Translations under genes and position numbers: made by a program
In this document: piece by piece, positions 18,426 through 29,003 of the stretch
Numbering within the stretch: position 1 is the stretch's first letter
Layout of the letters: every line of letters starts with the position of its first letter
DNA from: a virus
Strand: one strand, 5' to 3'
DNA length: 64,000 nt
Virus record (IMG/VR): IMGVR_UViG_3300028393_004717
Coordinates: 2,971 to 66,970 of that record
Notes under the pieces: model-generated
What the model was told of the DNA's origin: nothing
Database searches by the model: none
Seen by the model: only the letters and a program-made list of their open reading frames with translations

Positions 18426-19241
18426 ATGATAAAAACAACAAAAGATGCAGAGCAAGAAGGTGTGTTGGAAAATTGTATTTACAATGCAAATTGTCTTGAT
18501 TTAATGAAACATATTAAAAGCAATAATATTGATATGGTTCTAACATCTCCTCCTTACGATAATCTTCGAACATATAGTGGAAGTTTAGATTGGGGCGAAC
18601 ACATTTGGAAACCAGCAATTCAAGAATTGTTTAGAGTAATAAAGGAAGGTGGGGTAGTAGTTTGGGTAGTCGGAGATGCTACCATCAAGGGCAATGAGAC
18701 AGGAACTTCATTTAAACAAGCACTTCACTTTAAAGATGTAGGATTTAATCTTCATGATACGATGATATGGCATAAGACCGCCATTTTTCCTCACCACTTG
18801 AACGCACAACGATACAAACAACAGTTCGATTACATGTTCGTGTTCACAAAGGGAAGCGTAAATACATACAATCCTATTCACGATATACCAAATGAATCTG
18901 CTGGTAAAACTTTTCAAATTAAAAAAAAGATTAAGACATCAGACAATGGACGATATAATGGGCGAACCAAAAACCTAAAAATATCTGATTTTCGTATGCG
19001 TGACAATGTTTGGCGTGAAGGTCGTTCTGGCTATAAAGGACATCCAGCCCCTTTCCCAGAGAAACTTGCCTATGACCATATTTTATCATGGTCAAATGAA
19101 GGTGACATAATACTAGACCCATTTGCTGGTAGTGGAACAGTAGGTAAAATTGCAAAACAAATAAATCGTAAATATATCCTTATAGAAAAAGAATCAAAAT
19201 ATACAGATATAATCAATAAAAGAATAAATGAAAATCAATAA
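18426..19241 (+). CDS. Beta-class N4/N6 DNA methyltransferase
   Basis: Motif IV TSPPY precedes HPAPFP and motif I DPFAGSGT. Confidence 0.93.
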   Translation: MIKTTKDAEQEGVLENCIYNANCLDLMKHIKSNNIDMVLTSPPYDNLRTYSGSLDWGEHIWKPAIQELFRVIKEGGVVVWVVGDATIKGNETGTSFKQALHFKDVGFNLHDTMIWHKTAIFPHHLNAQRYKQQFDYMFVFTKGSVNTYNPIHDIPNESAGKTFQIKKKIKTSDNGRYNGRTKNLKISDFRMRDNVWREGRSGYKGHPAPFPEKLAYDHILSWSNEGDIILDPFAGSGTVGKIAKQINRKYILIEKESKYTDIINKRINENQ

Positions 19242-19275
19242 AATTATATTATCGGTCAATATATACAAATAGACC

Positions 19276-19644
19276 ATGAATATTTCGGGTCTAAAAGAGA
19301 GGAGAATGCACTTAGTAAAAAATGATGACATCTGGTCTTTTCTTGAGAGTCTAAACATATCAAAAGTTTTTATTTTATATCAAGGCAAATGCAAAGAAAA
19401 AGAATTGCCATCTATAAAAATCGATAGCGTAATTGTTACAACAAAATGTGGCAAGAATGAAATAAAATGGGATAACGAGCTTTATAATAACAAATCTTTT
19501 TTGACAAAACCAATTTATGATTTACATATTGATTTTACTGGTAAAATTGATGGCATGCTAACTTATGACAATGTGAAAAAAAAAGCAACTATTACTGGAA
19601 AACATAAATATAAAATCACCGAAAAGTTCAACAAAGAAATATGA
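19276..19644 (+). CDS. Hypothetical protein
   Basis: ORF track; the true start may be the internal ATG after AGAGGAG. Confidence 0.55.
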   Translation: MNISGLKERRMHLVKNDDIWSFLESLNISKVFILYQGKCKEKELPSIKIDSVIVTTKCGKNEIKWDNELYNNKSFLTKPIYDLHIDFTGKIDGMLTYDNVKKKATITGKHKYKITEKFNKEI

Positions 19645-19748
19645 TTTATATTATCTTTATTTTTGAATATATTGTCTTTACTTTAATCTATAATTTATTT
19701 ATCATTGTGTTTAATGAGATGTTAACAGATTTAGATTAAGGCGATTAC

Positions 19749-20765
19749 ATGCAAATTATCAATGAAATAAAACTTGGATTTAATGATGTCCTCATAAAGC
19801 CAAAACGATCTAAAACAGCCAGTAGAAAAGATGTAGTCCTATCAAGAAGCTTTAAAGGACTAAATAGCAATTCAATAATAAAAGGAGTGCCAATCATTGT
19901 TGCCAACATGGATACTGTTGGAACTTTGAAAATGGCAGAATCATTAGGTAAATTAAATATTTTTACTTGTCTTCATAAATTCTATGAATTGCCTGTACTA
20001 CAGAAATTCTTTGATTCTAATGAATACTCAGAATTCGCATTTTACACAACTGGAATTACCGATGACGATTTTATCAAACTGAAAGAAATGAAATCTACAA
20101 ATCGAAAAATAAACATCTCAATTGATGTCGCTAATGGCTATACAGAACACTTTCAAAACAAAGTCAAAGAAATTAGATCTATATTCCCAGATTCATTTAT
20201 CATGGCTGGAAATGTATGTACCCCAGAAATGGTTCAAGAACTCTTATTGTCAGGTGCAGCAGATTGTATAAAAGTCGGAATAGGAGGTGGTAGCGTATGT
20301 AAAACTCGGATGGTTACAGGAGTAGGATATCCCCAACTTAGTGCCGTAATTGAATGTGCAGAAGCAGCACATGGATTAAATGGACTTATATGTTCAGATG
20401 GTGGATGCAAAGAATCTGGTGATGTGGCAAAAGCTTTCGGAGCAGGATCAGACTTTGTAATGCTTGGAGGAATGTTTGCTGGTACAGATGAATGTGAAGG
20501 AGAATGGATATTTGAAGATGATACGAAATATTTGAAGTTTTATGGAATGTCTAGTGAAGAGGCAAATAACAAATATTGTGGCGGAATGAAGGATTATAGG
20601 GCTTCAGAAGGCGAAGTTAAATTTGTTGGCTATAAAGGTAGTGCCGAAACTGTAGTAAATCAAATTCTTGGAGGACTAAGATCTGCATGTGCTTATGTTG
20701 GAGCTAATCAATTGAAAGATTTAAGCAAATGCACCACTTTTGTAAGATGTAATTCTATAAAGTGA
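19749..20765 (+). CDS. guaC: GMP reductase
   Basis: MQIINEIKLGFNDVLIKPKRS, IDVANGY, KVGIGGGSVCKTR, YRASEG, GGLRSAC. Confidence 0.95.
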   Translation: MQIINEIKLGFNDVLIKPKRSKTASRKDVVLSRSFKGLNSNSIIKGVPIIVANMDTVGTLKMAESLGKLNIFTCLHKFYELPVLQKFFDSNEYSEFAFYTTGITDDDFIKLKEMKSTNRKINISIDVANGYTEHFQNKVKEIRSIFPDSFIMAGNVCTPEMVQELLLSGAADCIKVGIGGGSVCKTRMVTGVGYPQLSAVIECAEAAHGLNGLICSDGGCKESGDVAKAFGAGSDFVMLGGMFAGTDECEGEWIFEDDTKYLKFYGMSSEEANNKYCGGMKDYRASEGEVKFVGYKGSAETVVNQILGGLRSACAYVGANQLKDLSKCTTFVRCNSIK

Positions 20766-20768
20766 AAT

Positions 20769-22037
20769 TTAAATATGAATTTTATAAAAAATGGACTTTA
20801 AATAACTTTTTGTTATTCCATCATTTGATTTTTCTGCATAATCTTTCATCAAATGCATCATTTTAAGCTTACCTTTTTTGTCTTTTGATGCAATGTTTGT
20901 TTTTGCAAATGGATCATTTTTTATATTGTATAATTCTTCTGGTTCCCTAAATCTAATTTTGTTATGCATCTTTATATCAGTTCTAGTTATTCCACACATA
21001 CTCAAAGATTCACTGTTGCAACCACATTCAATAAATTCATTTTTTCCATTAGACCAAAAATTAACAATATAACAATAATCTTCATTGTGTATTGCCCTAG
21101 TTTGAAAATTTCTGTTTCCCCATAATTGGCATAAACAAGTGTAAGCATTATTTTTAAATGAAGATCCTTTTTTAATCGTATTAAAATAAGATGTTCCATC
21201 CATATCTTTTTTTTGCAATCCTAGTAATTCAAGAATGGTTGGCATTATATCCACACTAGAAACATAAGTATCGCTTATCTTAGGCTTTAAAACTTCTGGA
21301 CAATGCCATATCAAAGGAATCCTACTGCTAAAATGATAACAATTAGCCTTAACAAATGGAAATGACATACCATGGTCACTAGTGAAAATTATAAGAGTGT
21401 TATCTGTTTTGCCACTTTCTTTTAAAGCACGAATAATCTCGCCAACAGTCAAATCACACCTTTTGACCCCTTCATAATATTGTGCTAATTCAGTTCTAAC
21501 TTCTGGAATATCAGGAAGGAAACCAGGCACTTTCACACTGCTAGGATCATATCTTGTTTTTTTCTCAAATGGCCTATGTGGATAATGAGAATTTACCATG
21601 AGAAAAAAAGGATCTGGAACCGATGAAAAAAAAGACTTACAAAAGTTGTAATAAGCATTTATATTTTTACCATGACCAGTTATTTTATCGTAACCTAATA
21701 TCTTCTGACTCCATTTGAATTTATGGTCTGGACATAAATGCTCCGCTTTTCCAATTATCCCAGTTGTATATCCTCTATTTTTTAAAATGTCTGGAAGTGT
21801 AGTTATATGTTCATTTATACAATTGAATCCAACAGCACCATTATTCCAAGGGTAAAGACCTGTCATCCATACTGATCTAGATGGCTGACAAAGACCTACT
21901 GTGGTGTGTGCATTTTCAAAAAATACACCTTCTTGTCCTAATTTGTCTAAATTTGGTGTTATGTCTGGAATTTCACATCCAGACATACCAGTAGAATTGT
22001 AACTCATGTCATCGGCAGATATAAATACTATATTCAT
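20769..22037 (-). CDS. Sulfatase (N-sulfoglucosamine sulfohydrolase-like)
   Basis: NIVFISADD, CQPSR (CxPxR), GIIGK.H, PHRPF, FTSDHG, EELYN...DP. Confidence 0.93.
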   Translation of the reverse strand: MNIVFISADDMSYNSTGMSGCEIPDITPNLDKLGQEGVFFENAHTTVGLCQPSRSVWMTGLYPWNNGAVGFNCINEHITTLPDILKNRGYTTGIIGKAEHLCPDHKFKWSQKILGYDKITGHGKNINAYYNFCKSFFSSVPDPFFLMVNSHYPHRPFEKKTRYDPSSVKVPGFLPDIPEVRTELAQYYEGVKRCDLTVGEIIRALKESGKTDNTLIIFTSDHGMSFPFVKANCYHFSSRIPLIWHCPEVLKPKISDTYVSSVDIMPTILELLGLQKKDMDGTSYFNTIKKGSSFKNNAYTCLCQLWGNRNFQTRAIHNEDYCYIVNFWSNGKNEFIECGCNSESLSMCGITRTDIKMHNKIRFREPEELYNIKNDPFAKTNIASKDKKGKLKMMHLMKDYAEKSNDGITKSYLKSIFYKIHI

Positions 22038-22039
22038 CA

Positions 22040-22444
22040 CTACCGCATAGCTTGATACAAACTTGTAATTGGAGTTAAATCCATAGACTTTGCACCCATA
22101 CTAGCAACTGGAATGCCACCACACCCACCCTCTTCTTCATCTTCATCTTTGTCGTTTTTAAATGCATGGCCAACATCAGACATGTACGCTCTGCAAACCG
22201 AAATTTTATTTTCCATCCACTCATCAAGCTGGTCATGATCTTCTAGCATAGAAAGAATGAGGTCAGCGTATTCCTTTATATCTTTTAGGTTATTCATCAA
22301 CATTCTGTTTCCATCGTTTGAGGCTTCAAGTTTGTTACTATCATCCGTAGCTATACTATGGTTTTCGCATCGATCATAGTACTCACTTTCAGAAATGATA
22401 CCAGCTAAATAAAACTTGTAGTTTTCATTTTTTTTATCAAACAT
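22040..22444 (-). CDS. Hypothetical protein, possibly virion-internal
   Basis: LAGIISESEY motif and a QLDEWMENKIS helix. Confidence 0.6.
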   Translation of the reverse strand: MFDKKNENYKFYLAGIISESEYYDRCENHSIATDDSNKLEASNDGNRMLMNNLKDIKEYADLILSMLEDHDQLDEWMENKISVCRAYMSDVGHAFKNDKDEDEEEGGCGGIPVASMGAKSMDLTPITSLYQAMR

Positions 22445-22482
22445 TTTAATTTTCCTTTTTCCAAAATATTAGTTTACTAATT

Positions 22483-22842
22483 TTATTTTCTTACATCAAA
22501 TTTACGAGAAATATTATCTTTTTTATCATTCAATCCAAGATCATGTCCAGTCTGGTAATCATCATTCTTGCCAAATAATTTTATCTTCTTGCTAATCATC
22601 ACATCGTTGTATCCACGCATAAAGTCTTCACTTACTATTGTACGAATCGCACATGGCTTACAATATAAAACATCATCAGTCGTCTTGCATAAACTCGTAT
22701 TCTTGAAAGACGCTTTTTCTTGATGATATAAGGGAAAACCACTGTAATTGTTTTCTATATCCCTATGTCTAATTCTCCCACAACCAGAAACAAATAAAAA
22801 TAAAATTAAAAAACATGTAATTCTCATTTTATCTCCATACAT
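22483..22842 (-). CDS. Putative lipoprotein
   Basis: Hydrophobic N-terminus with lipobox-like FVSGC. Confidence 0.55.
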   Translation of the reverse strand: MYGDKMRITCFLILFLFVSGCGRIRHRDIENNYSGFPLYHQEKASFKNTSLCKTTDDVLYCKPCAIRTIVSEDFMRGYNDVMISKKIKLFGKNDDYQTGHDLGLNDKKDNISRKFDVRK

Positions 22843-22892
22843 TTAAATGATTACTCTTATATCATATATATGTTTTTAAGTGAGATAAATTT

Positions 22893-23252
22893 ATGGATGA
22901 GAAAAATTTTATAAGTAAAGAACAATTTAAAAAAGAAATTAATGATTATAAAAAATTTCTATTTTCAAGTAACTTGTTTTCTATGGCCATAACCTTAATA
23001 TCAGCACAAACAGTTCAAAAATTTGTTTCAATTATATCAGAAACAATATTTATGCCTTTTATAAATTATATAATAAACTCAACTGGAGGAAATTGGAGAA
23101 ATCTAATATTCATACCAGTCACAGGAATGGAAATAGAACTTGGTAAGCTTTTAGGTGGAATCTTAGAATTCACAATTACCATCACATTCATTTATATAGT
23201 TTTTTCTAAAATTATAAAAAAGTTCGACCCCAATAGCGAAATTAAACATTAA
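22893..23252 (+). CDS. mscL: MscL-family mechanosensitive channel homolog
   Basis: YKKFLFSSNLFSMAI...IFMPFI...IELGKLLGGILEF; two TM segments in the MscL arrangement. Confidence 0.75.
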   Translation: MDEKNFISKEQFKKEINDYKKFLFSSNLFSMAITLISAQTVQKFVSIISETIFMPFINYIINSTGGNWRNLIFIPVTGMEIELGKLLGGILEFTITITFIYIVFSKIIKKFDPNSEIKH

Positions 23253-23862
23253 TGTCTTTCTTGGGAATGCTTGCAATCTGAGGAATTCTGGTCGTTATTG
23301 TTTTCCAATTTCTTTTTACCCATTGCATGAATATACCTTCTGCCTTTACTGGGCCAACCTCACTGGTAGTACCTGTTTTTTGCCTTTCTAATTCATGAGT
23401 ACATTCGTGAACAATCGTACTGGCAAGCTCCAAAACGCATTCCAGCGTGTCTCCATGTGACTGTAAATGTTTTTGTACATTTATATGAATGACATCAGAT
23501 GATTTTATCTGATTTAAATCAACATCTGGTATGTATTTCTTTATTACTGCCGATGGAAGAGTATTGATTTTTTGACTTGATATAAAATCATCTCCAAATT
23601 TCATTCTTATTTTACCAACAACATTTGCTCCAATTACCTTCTTATCTTCGGCAGAACTATACATCCCATAAACACCTTTGTTTAATGTGGCTATAGTACT
23701 TATATTTAAAAGTAATTTCTGATCTCTTGGCAAAGTCTCATCATACATTTGAACTAATTTTACAGCAAATTTTGCCTTGTCGTATGCTGAATCTATTTGT
23801 CTCTCATCAACCATCTCAGTTCCAAGAGTAGATTGTTCTAACCATTGTATAAAACTTTTCAA
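23242..23862 (-). CDS. HExxH zinc metallopeptidase-like protein with capsid-targeting-like N-terminus
   Basis: LASTIVHECTHE...SE..P..AE; likely TTG start (MKSFIQWLE) after TAAATA and GAGG. Confidence 0.65.
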   Translation of the reverse strand: MKSFIQWLEQSTLGTEMVDERQIDSAYDKAKFAVKLVQMYDETLPRDQKLLLNISTIATLNKGVYGMYSSAEDKKVIGANVVGKIRMKFGDDFISSQKINTLPSAVIKKYIPDVDLNQIKSSDVIHINVQKHLQSHGDTLECVLELASTIVHECTHELERQKTGTTSEVGPVKAEGIFMQWVKRNWKTITTRIPQIASIPKKDINV

Positions 23863-23940
23863 GTTAGCCTCATTATTTAAAAATAAACTTATTATATTAT
23901 TTATCAATAATTCTGTAATTTAAAATGTAAATAATTCAAC

Positions 23941-24525
23941 ATGAATAACATTACATTAAATTATTTGATCAAAAAAAATAAACTAAATGCAAATAGATCT
24001 TCTGGAACTGATAAAGTTAGAAGACATAGCTACATTGATGTTTACGAATCTTTGTTTGCATCAAAAAGAAATGAAAATTTGACAATTCTTGAAATTGGAA
24101 CACATTTTGGTGGTTCTGCTCTTTTATGGCATGATTATTTTCCAAAATCAAATCTTGTTCTTATTGATATAATGGATAGAACTTTGGATCAACATATGAA
24201 ACAAATGAATCCAAATAGATATAAAAAAATAATTTCAAATGCTTATTCTCAAGAAGTTGTAAGCCAAATTAAAATTGATTACCCAAATGGATTAGATATA
24301 GCCATAGATGATGGGCCACACACTCCACAAAGCCAAAAAGATTTTATACAACTTTATTTGCCCATGATGCGTAAAAATGGAATCCTTGTCATTGAAGATA
24401 TAAGTAAAATTGAATATGCACATGAACTAAAAAAAATAACATCAGAAAATTACATTTCAGAAATAATAGATCTTAGACATGTAAAAAATAGATATGATGA
24501 TATTATGTTAATTGTCAAAAGTTGA
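23941..24525 (+). CDS. Class I SAM-dependent methyltransferase (CmcI/Methyltransf_24-like)
   Basis: GTDK...HSY, ILEIGTHFGGS, IAIDDGPH, GILVIED. Confidence 0.85.
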   Translation: MNNITLNYLIKKNKLNANRSSGTDKVRRHSYIDVYESLFASKRNENLTILEIGTHFGGSALLWHDYFPKSNLVLIDIMDRTLDQHMKQMNPNRYKKIISNAYSQEVVSQIKIDYPNGLDIAIDDGPHTPQSQKDFIQLYLPMMRKNGILVIEDISKIEYAHELKKITSENYISEIIDLRHVKNRYDDIMLIVKS

Positions 24526-24575
24526 TGAGCCATTTTCACAAACACGATTAAATAAAAAACATAATAATTTTATAA

Positions 24576-24615
24576 AAAAAGCGAGATCTATATAATTTGA
24601 TAGATCTCGCTTTTT
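24576..24615. terminator. Bidirectional intrinsic terminator
   Basis: aaaaa-gcgagatcta...tagatctcgc-ttttt between convergent genes. Confidence 0.85.
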
Positions 24616-24623
24616 GTGTTTAT

Positions 24624-26747
24624 TTAGAACAATCTTTGATTACAAACAGTAATTGCAGCGACATAAGCTCCTGCTTTGCCATTGCAAGTTCCTGCTGCAA
24701 TATTAGCTCTTGTGCATTGTGGATAAAGTAATTTCCACCCCGCACAAGTACAACCAGATGGAGTTGATGTGGTTGAAAAATGACAAGGAAAACCAATTGT
24801 GGTTGTGCAAACAGTTTTTGCACAAGATCTTATTTCCTTTACTTCTTTTACTACTAAACCTAAAAATGTTTGAGCAATCAAAGTTATATCTTCTTCACTT
24901 GTTGCAGTTTGATCCATTCTGCCAAAAGTTAAAACATATAGTTCTTTTCTTCCAGTCAAACCAGTCAAAATTTGATCAGAACTGTTTTCTATATCCTCAA
25001 AACTCTGTGTTATTCCAGATACAACACCATCAACAATAATGATTTGATTTATAGCGGGTTCATTAGAATCATTATCATAAGAAGTTTTGTAAAATACAGC
25101 ATAGTTGCTTCCATTTACACTTATATCAATAGTACCAGTATTTGCGTATCCTTGCCCATCCTGCCCTGTTCCGCCTGTAATGCTGAATTCTTCGATACTG
25201 ATATTGTTTGCACCAAGAACTAAAAGACCGGGGTACATATTAGTAAAATAAGTACTTCCAGAACCAAAATAACTTGAGCCATCTTCTATAGTTCCATCAA
25301 GTGAAGGTAAATCGTAATTTACATCATCTATGGCTATATCATAGTTGGTTTCATTTTCATCACTCCATCCATAAAAGAAAGAATGAGTGAAAGGTATAGA
25401 TTGATCATCTTGAATGCTTTCGTATGTGTTGGTTAGATTTGTATTAAAAAAGGAACCTCCATCATACATGTCATCTCCACCATCATTTATACCCATAGCT
25501 CTCATTGTTGACTTTAAAGGAGTTCCAACCAAAGCACCTACAGAGTTTAGTTTTGCACAACCACCAGCCATATCAGCATTTAGATAATTGAACTGAACTG
25601 TACAAAGGCTATCTTTATATCTGTAGAAAAATCCTGCACAAAATATATTTCCGCTATTATCTAAGCGAATTTTTTGCACACGATCATTGAAACCTTCTCC
25701 AACCAAAAAAGTATCATCTTTTGTTCCATTAGAATTAAATCTAATAATTCGACCCAATCTTGCGTTATTGTATGCGTAGAACCAACCGCCAGCTAAAATT
25801 TTACCATCAGATTGAATGGCTAAATTTTGAACATTTTGATCGTTTGGAAAAGCTAAACCGGGAGATGATGTTTGAAAAGTACTATCTAAATCACCATTTG
25901 TTTCTAATCTAACTATGCCAATGTTACAAGATGATCTTTTATATGAAGTAAACCAACCTCCAACTATAACTTTACCATTAGATTGTACTTGAATATCATT
26001 AACACGATTATCGAATCCAGAACCTACATCAAAAGTTACATCTGTTGTTCCATCAGATGACAACTTAACAATTCTATTTGAAAATTGTCCACCTACATAG
26101 ATATCACCACCAGAGTTGATGGCGATTGCGTATACAAAATTATTGAATGATGGCATATTTGATGTGAAAGTAGAATCAAAAGCTCCATTTACACCAAGTT
26201 TAGCCAAACGATTTGAACTATTTCCATCATAAGTAGAAAAAATACCACCTACTAAAAGACTATCATCAGACAACACTTTACATACAAATGCGTGATTATT
26301 GAAACCATCTCCAACAACAAAAGTATTATCAATACTTCCGTTTGTATTTAATCTTACAATTTTGCTATAATAATCACCATTGACGGTTTCAAAGTGACCA
26401 ATCACTATAAGTTTTCCACTTGATTGTTGTACTATTTCACGAATATGTCCATCATATGAGTAAAATTTTGGAGATGTAAATGTTTCATCTAAAGAACCAT
26501 TAGCATTAAATCTTTTTAAAACAGTGTAATTATCACCATCGTACAAACCACTCATACCGCCAACTACAATTTTTCCATCAGATTGGATGCAAAGAGCATT
26601 TCCCATTCCAATGTAGTCATAATCTGTAACATCTGATAAAAAAGCATCTGGTTGATCAGCAAAATTGAATTTGTTTGGTATCAAATTAGTTACTGAAACA
26701 TAACTCGTATTCATCCCTGTCAATAAATTTGGTAAAGAAATAGACAT
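24624..26747 (-). CDS. Delta-60-repeat beta-propeller protein with Cys-rich C-terminus, putative virion adhesin
   Basis: About seven repeats of QSDGKI..GG.F......I.RL..NG.LD.TF. Confidence 0.8.
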   Translation of the reverse strand: MSISLPNLLTGMNTSYVSVTNLIPNKFNFADQPDAFLSDVTDYDYIGMGNALCIQSDGKIVVGGMSGLYDGDNYTVLKRFNANGSLDETFTSPKFYSYDGHIREIVQQSSGKLIVIGHFETVNGDYYSKIVRLNTNGSIDNTFVVGDGFNNHAFVCKVLSDDSLLVGGIFSTYDGNSSNRLAKLGVNGAFDSTFTSNMPSFNNFVYAIAINSGGDIYVGGQFSNRIVKLSSDGTTDVTFDVGSGFDNRVNDIQVQSNGKVIVGGWFTSYKRSSCNIGIVRLETNGDLDSTFQTSSPGLAFPNDQNVQNLAIQSDGKILAGGWFYAYNNARLGRIIRFNSNGTKDDTFLVGEGFNDRVQKIRLDNSGNIFCAGFFYRYKDSLCTVQFNYLNADMAGGCAKLNSVGALVGTPLKSTMRAMGINDGGDDMYDGGSFFNTNLTNTYESIQDDQSIPFTHSFFYGWSDENETNYDIAIDDVNYDLPSLDGTIEDGSSYFGSGSTYFTNMYPGLLVLGANNISIEEFSITGGTGQDGQGYANTGTIDISVNGSNYAVFYKTSYDNDSNEPAINQIIIVDGVVSGITQSFEDIENSSDQILTGLTGRKELYVLTFGRMDQTATSEEDITLIAQTFLGLVVKEVKEIRSCAKTVCTTTIGFPCHFSTTSTPSGCTCAGWKLLYPQCTRANIAAGTCNGKAGAYVAAITVCNQRLF

Positions 26748-26761
26748 TTATACTCCTATAT

Positions 26762-26998
26762 TTAGAAATAAAGTTCGTTGTTGCAGAAAGGACATGATTT
26801 GTTCTTTTTTGCATCTTCTACATCAAATGCAAAACGACTTTTACAAAATAAACAAATAATTTTTTCTCGACCAGACATCCAGCCTTTTGCTATCTGTTGC
26901 TTGACCATATCATCAGTTACTGTTTGTTTTTCAAACATTTCTTTGATAATTTTATTTTTCATTTCTTTGAAAATTTCATCTATTTGAGTTGCATCCAT
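26762..26998 (-). CDS. Small zinc-ribbon protein
   Basis: SD AAGGAG; CLFC...CPFC. Confidence 0.65.
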   Translation of the reverse strand: MDATQIDEIFKEMKNKIIKEMFEKQTVTDDMVKQQIAKGWMSGREKIICLFCKSRFAFDVEDAKKNKSCPFCNNELYF

Positions 26999-27178
26999 AA
27001 AAATCTCCTTATAGTATTTTTACACTACATTTATATAATGTTATATTTTTTTTTAAAGAAATAAATTAATTTTTTTTTATATTTTAAACATTATTTTTGT
27101 ATATTTTTTTGAGAAAAGATCTTATATTTTTTTCAATATTAATTGTCAAAAGTTGACAAGATAAACATTTAAAATTAA

Positions 27179-28798
27179 TCATTTATTTTTTTTATTGTAT
27201 TTTTCTTTTGCTTTTTTAGATCTGCAAATTTTACACGATCTGCATAATCCGTCTGATTTTGAATTGTCTGGAGAGAAAAGTTTAAATTCCAATATTTGCA
27301 AACAGTTAACGCATTCTTTCTTTCCGTAAGCTACATGAGGATTGTTTTTTTGCAAATGTGGCTTCGCTCTACTTCCTGTTATATGACCTCCCTCACGCTC
27401 ACATATGTAGCGACCATTTCTGGCTATATTCTTATCGTGCGTAAGTCTTAGCGGAGTATGTTCCTCGTTGCAGAAGGAGCAAAATAAGGTAATTTTGTCG
27501 TTGGCAATATGGGTGTGGTAATATCTTTTTGATTTTTTATTGGCATTTTTCTTTGACTGCTCTTGAAATGTTTTGTCTCCTTGAGTTTCAGCAAGGTATT
27601 TCTTGGCCCAAGAAACTATATCCTTATCCGATACAAGTTGGCTATCATCTTCAGTCCATAATTTAAATTTTAATCCTTTTTTTGCTGCGAAATCCTTCGA
27701 ATCATTGATTTGATCGATCACAGTTTGATGTTTTAACCATAGTTTTGGCTTTATTTCCCATATTTCTGTTCCACTATTTAATTCTACATAGAGGTCTGGA
27801 TTTCTCCATGATTTCTCTCCACGGAAAACTTCACAACGACAAAAAGATTTAACTGAAGGATTTGATTCTAAAAGAAATAGGCATCTTAGTTCATATGATG
27901 AAGAAAAATAAATAGGTGAATTGTTTTTTTCGGATTGAAAGTAACCTCTAATGTGCGAATGTTTGAAGTCTCCACTAGCGTGTTGACTGGCACATTTTTT
28001 CGAGATGTTTTCCTTCCATGTCATTCGAACCTCTGGCTTTAAATTCATAACCCAACGATTTTTTCCATAATCATAAATTCGTACAAGACCACGACTAAAG
28101 GCCCATTCGGATTCGGTCATACCATCTGGACATTTGCTACTAGATTTCTTCTGGCTTTGTTTGCTTAATCGTCTTTGCAATATGGTGTTTAAGTACGAAT
28201 AATCAGACTTGTGTTTCTTTTCAAGGGTAAATCCAATAGATTCATAGACTTTTCCAATACTCATACGATTGTCGCTGAAACTTATGATTTCATCATAGTC
28301 CATTTTCTTTGCCCAATCTACGGCTTTTTTTAGTAACTTCCCAGCACCACCAATCACTTGTGTTTTGGTTCGGAAACATAGTCGATCTAAAACAATTTTG
28401 TTTTCAGATATCTGTCGGCTATGTCTTCCAAGTGACATGACACCAACTAATTCTTCTTTGTGCCAAAGACCAAAATATACTATTCCAAGATTGTTTGATC
28501 CTTGAATGTGAAATTCTTCTAAAAATGATTTTGAATCTAATTTTGAAAGTTCTTTTACCTCACAATTTCTAGCTGACAATCTTTTCGAGTAACAACCAGC
28601 CTTGGACAACAAAAGTCCTTCCCATTGTTTTCTTCTAGAAGACCATTCGTCTGAAAAAACGACTATATTTGTTCCCGAAGAAGGCGTTTTAAACTTTGAA
28701 AACGATTTTGAATCGGACAAATCGACAAAGTCAATTGCGAGTTCAATACCAATACTTTGCAGCCATTCTTGTGGTGTTGTTTGTTTCATTTTAGCCAT
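27179..28798 (-). CDS. Hef/Mom-like domain fused to a TnsA-type PD-(D/E)XK endonuclease and zinc fingers; putative homing element
   Basis: ARNCEVKE..FLEEFHIQG, LVGVMS, VIGGAGKLLK, SFSDNR, RIYDYG; then SSYEL...NPDLYV...EIKP...KLWTE; then CVNC/CRSCKIC. Confidence 0.7.
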   Translation of the reverse strand: MAKMKQTTPQEWLQSIGIELAIDFVDLSDSKSFSKFKTPSSGTNIVVFSDEWSSRRKQWEGLLLSKAGCYSKRLSARNCEVKELSKLDSKSFLEEFHIQGSNNLGIVYFGLWHKEELVGVMSLGRHSRQISENKIVLDRLCFRTKTQVIGGAGKLLKKAVDWAKKMDYDEIISFSDNRMSIGKVYESIGFTLEKKHKSDYSYLNTILQRRLSKQSQKKSSSKCPDGMTESEWAFSRGLVRIYDYGKNRWVMNLKPEVRMTWKENISKKCASQHASGDFKHSHIRGYFQSEKNNSPIYFSSSYELRCLFLLESNPSVKSFCRCEVFRGEKSWRNPDLYVELNSGTEIWEIKPKLWLKHQTVIDQINDSKDFAAKKGLKFKLWTEDDSQLVSDKDIVSWAKKYLAETQGDKTFQEQSKKNANKKSKRYYHTHIANDKITLFCSFCNEEHTPLRLTHDKNIARNGRYICEREGGHITGSRAKPHLQKNNPHVAYGKKECVNCLQILEFKLFSPDNSKSDGLCRSCKICRSKKAKEKYNKKNK

Positions 28799-28918
28799 TG
28801 TTTAAGTGTAAAGTCAAATGCCCTACTCCTAAAGAGGACTTTGCTTTTATTGTATCATTTTTATTTAATTTTTTATGCTTATATTATTACACTTTTTAAA
28901 TAGTAAGCACCATTAAAT

Positions 28919-28959
28919 AAAAAAACCCACTCAGCTTAACACTAAGTGGGGTTTTTTTT
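28919..28959 (-). terminator. Intrinsic terminator after the major capsid gene
   Basis: aaaaaaa-cccact...agtggg-g-tttttttt, 45 nt downstream of the MCP stop. Confidence 0.8.
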
Positions 28960-29003
28960 ATTATTCTAAAACTTTATGTTAGTTTAAGAATAGAGTGTAA
29001 AAA

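Noticed and set aside
27001-27178. Very AT-rich intergenic stretch as a replication origin
   Set aside because: No iterons or other supporting structure; compatible with a promoter region.
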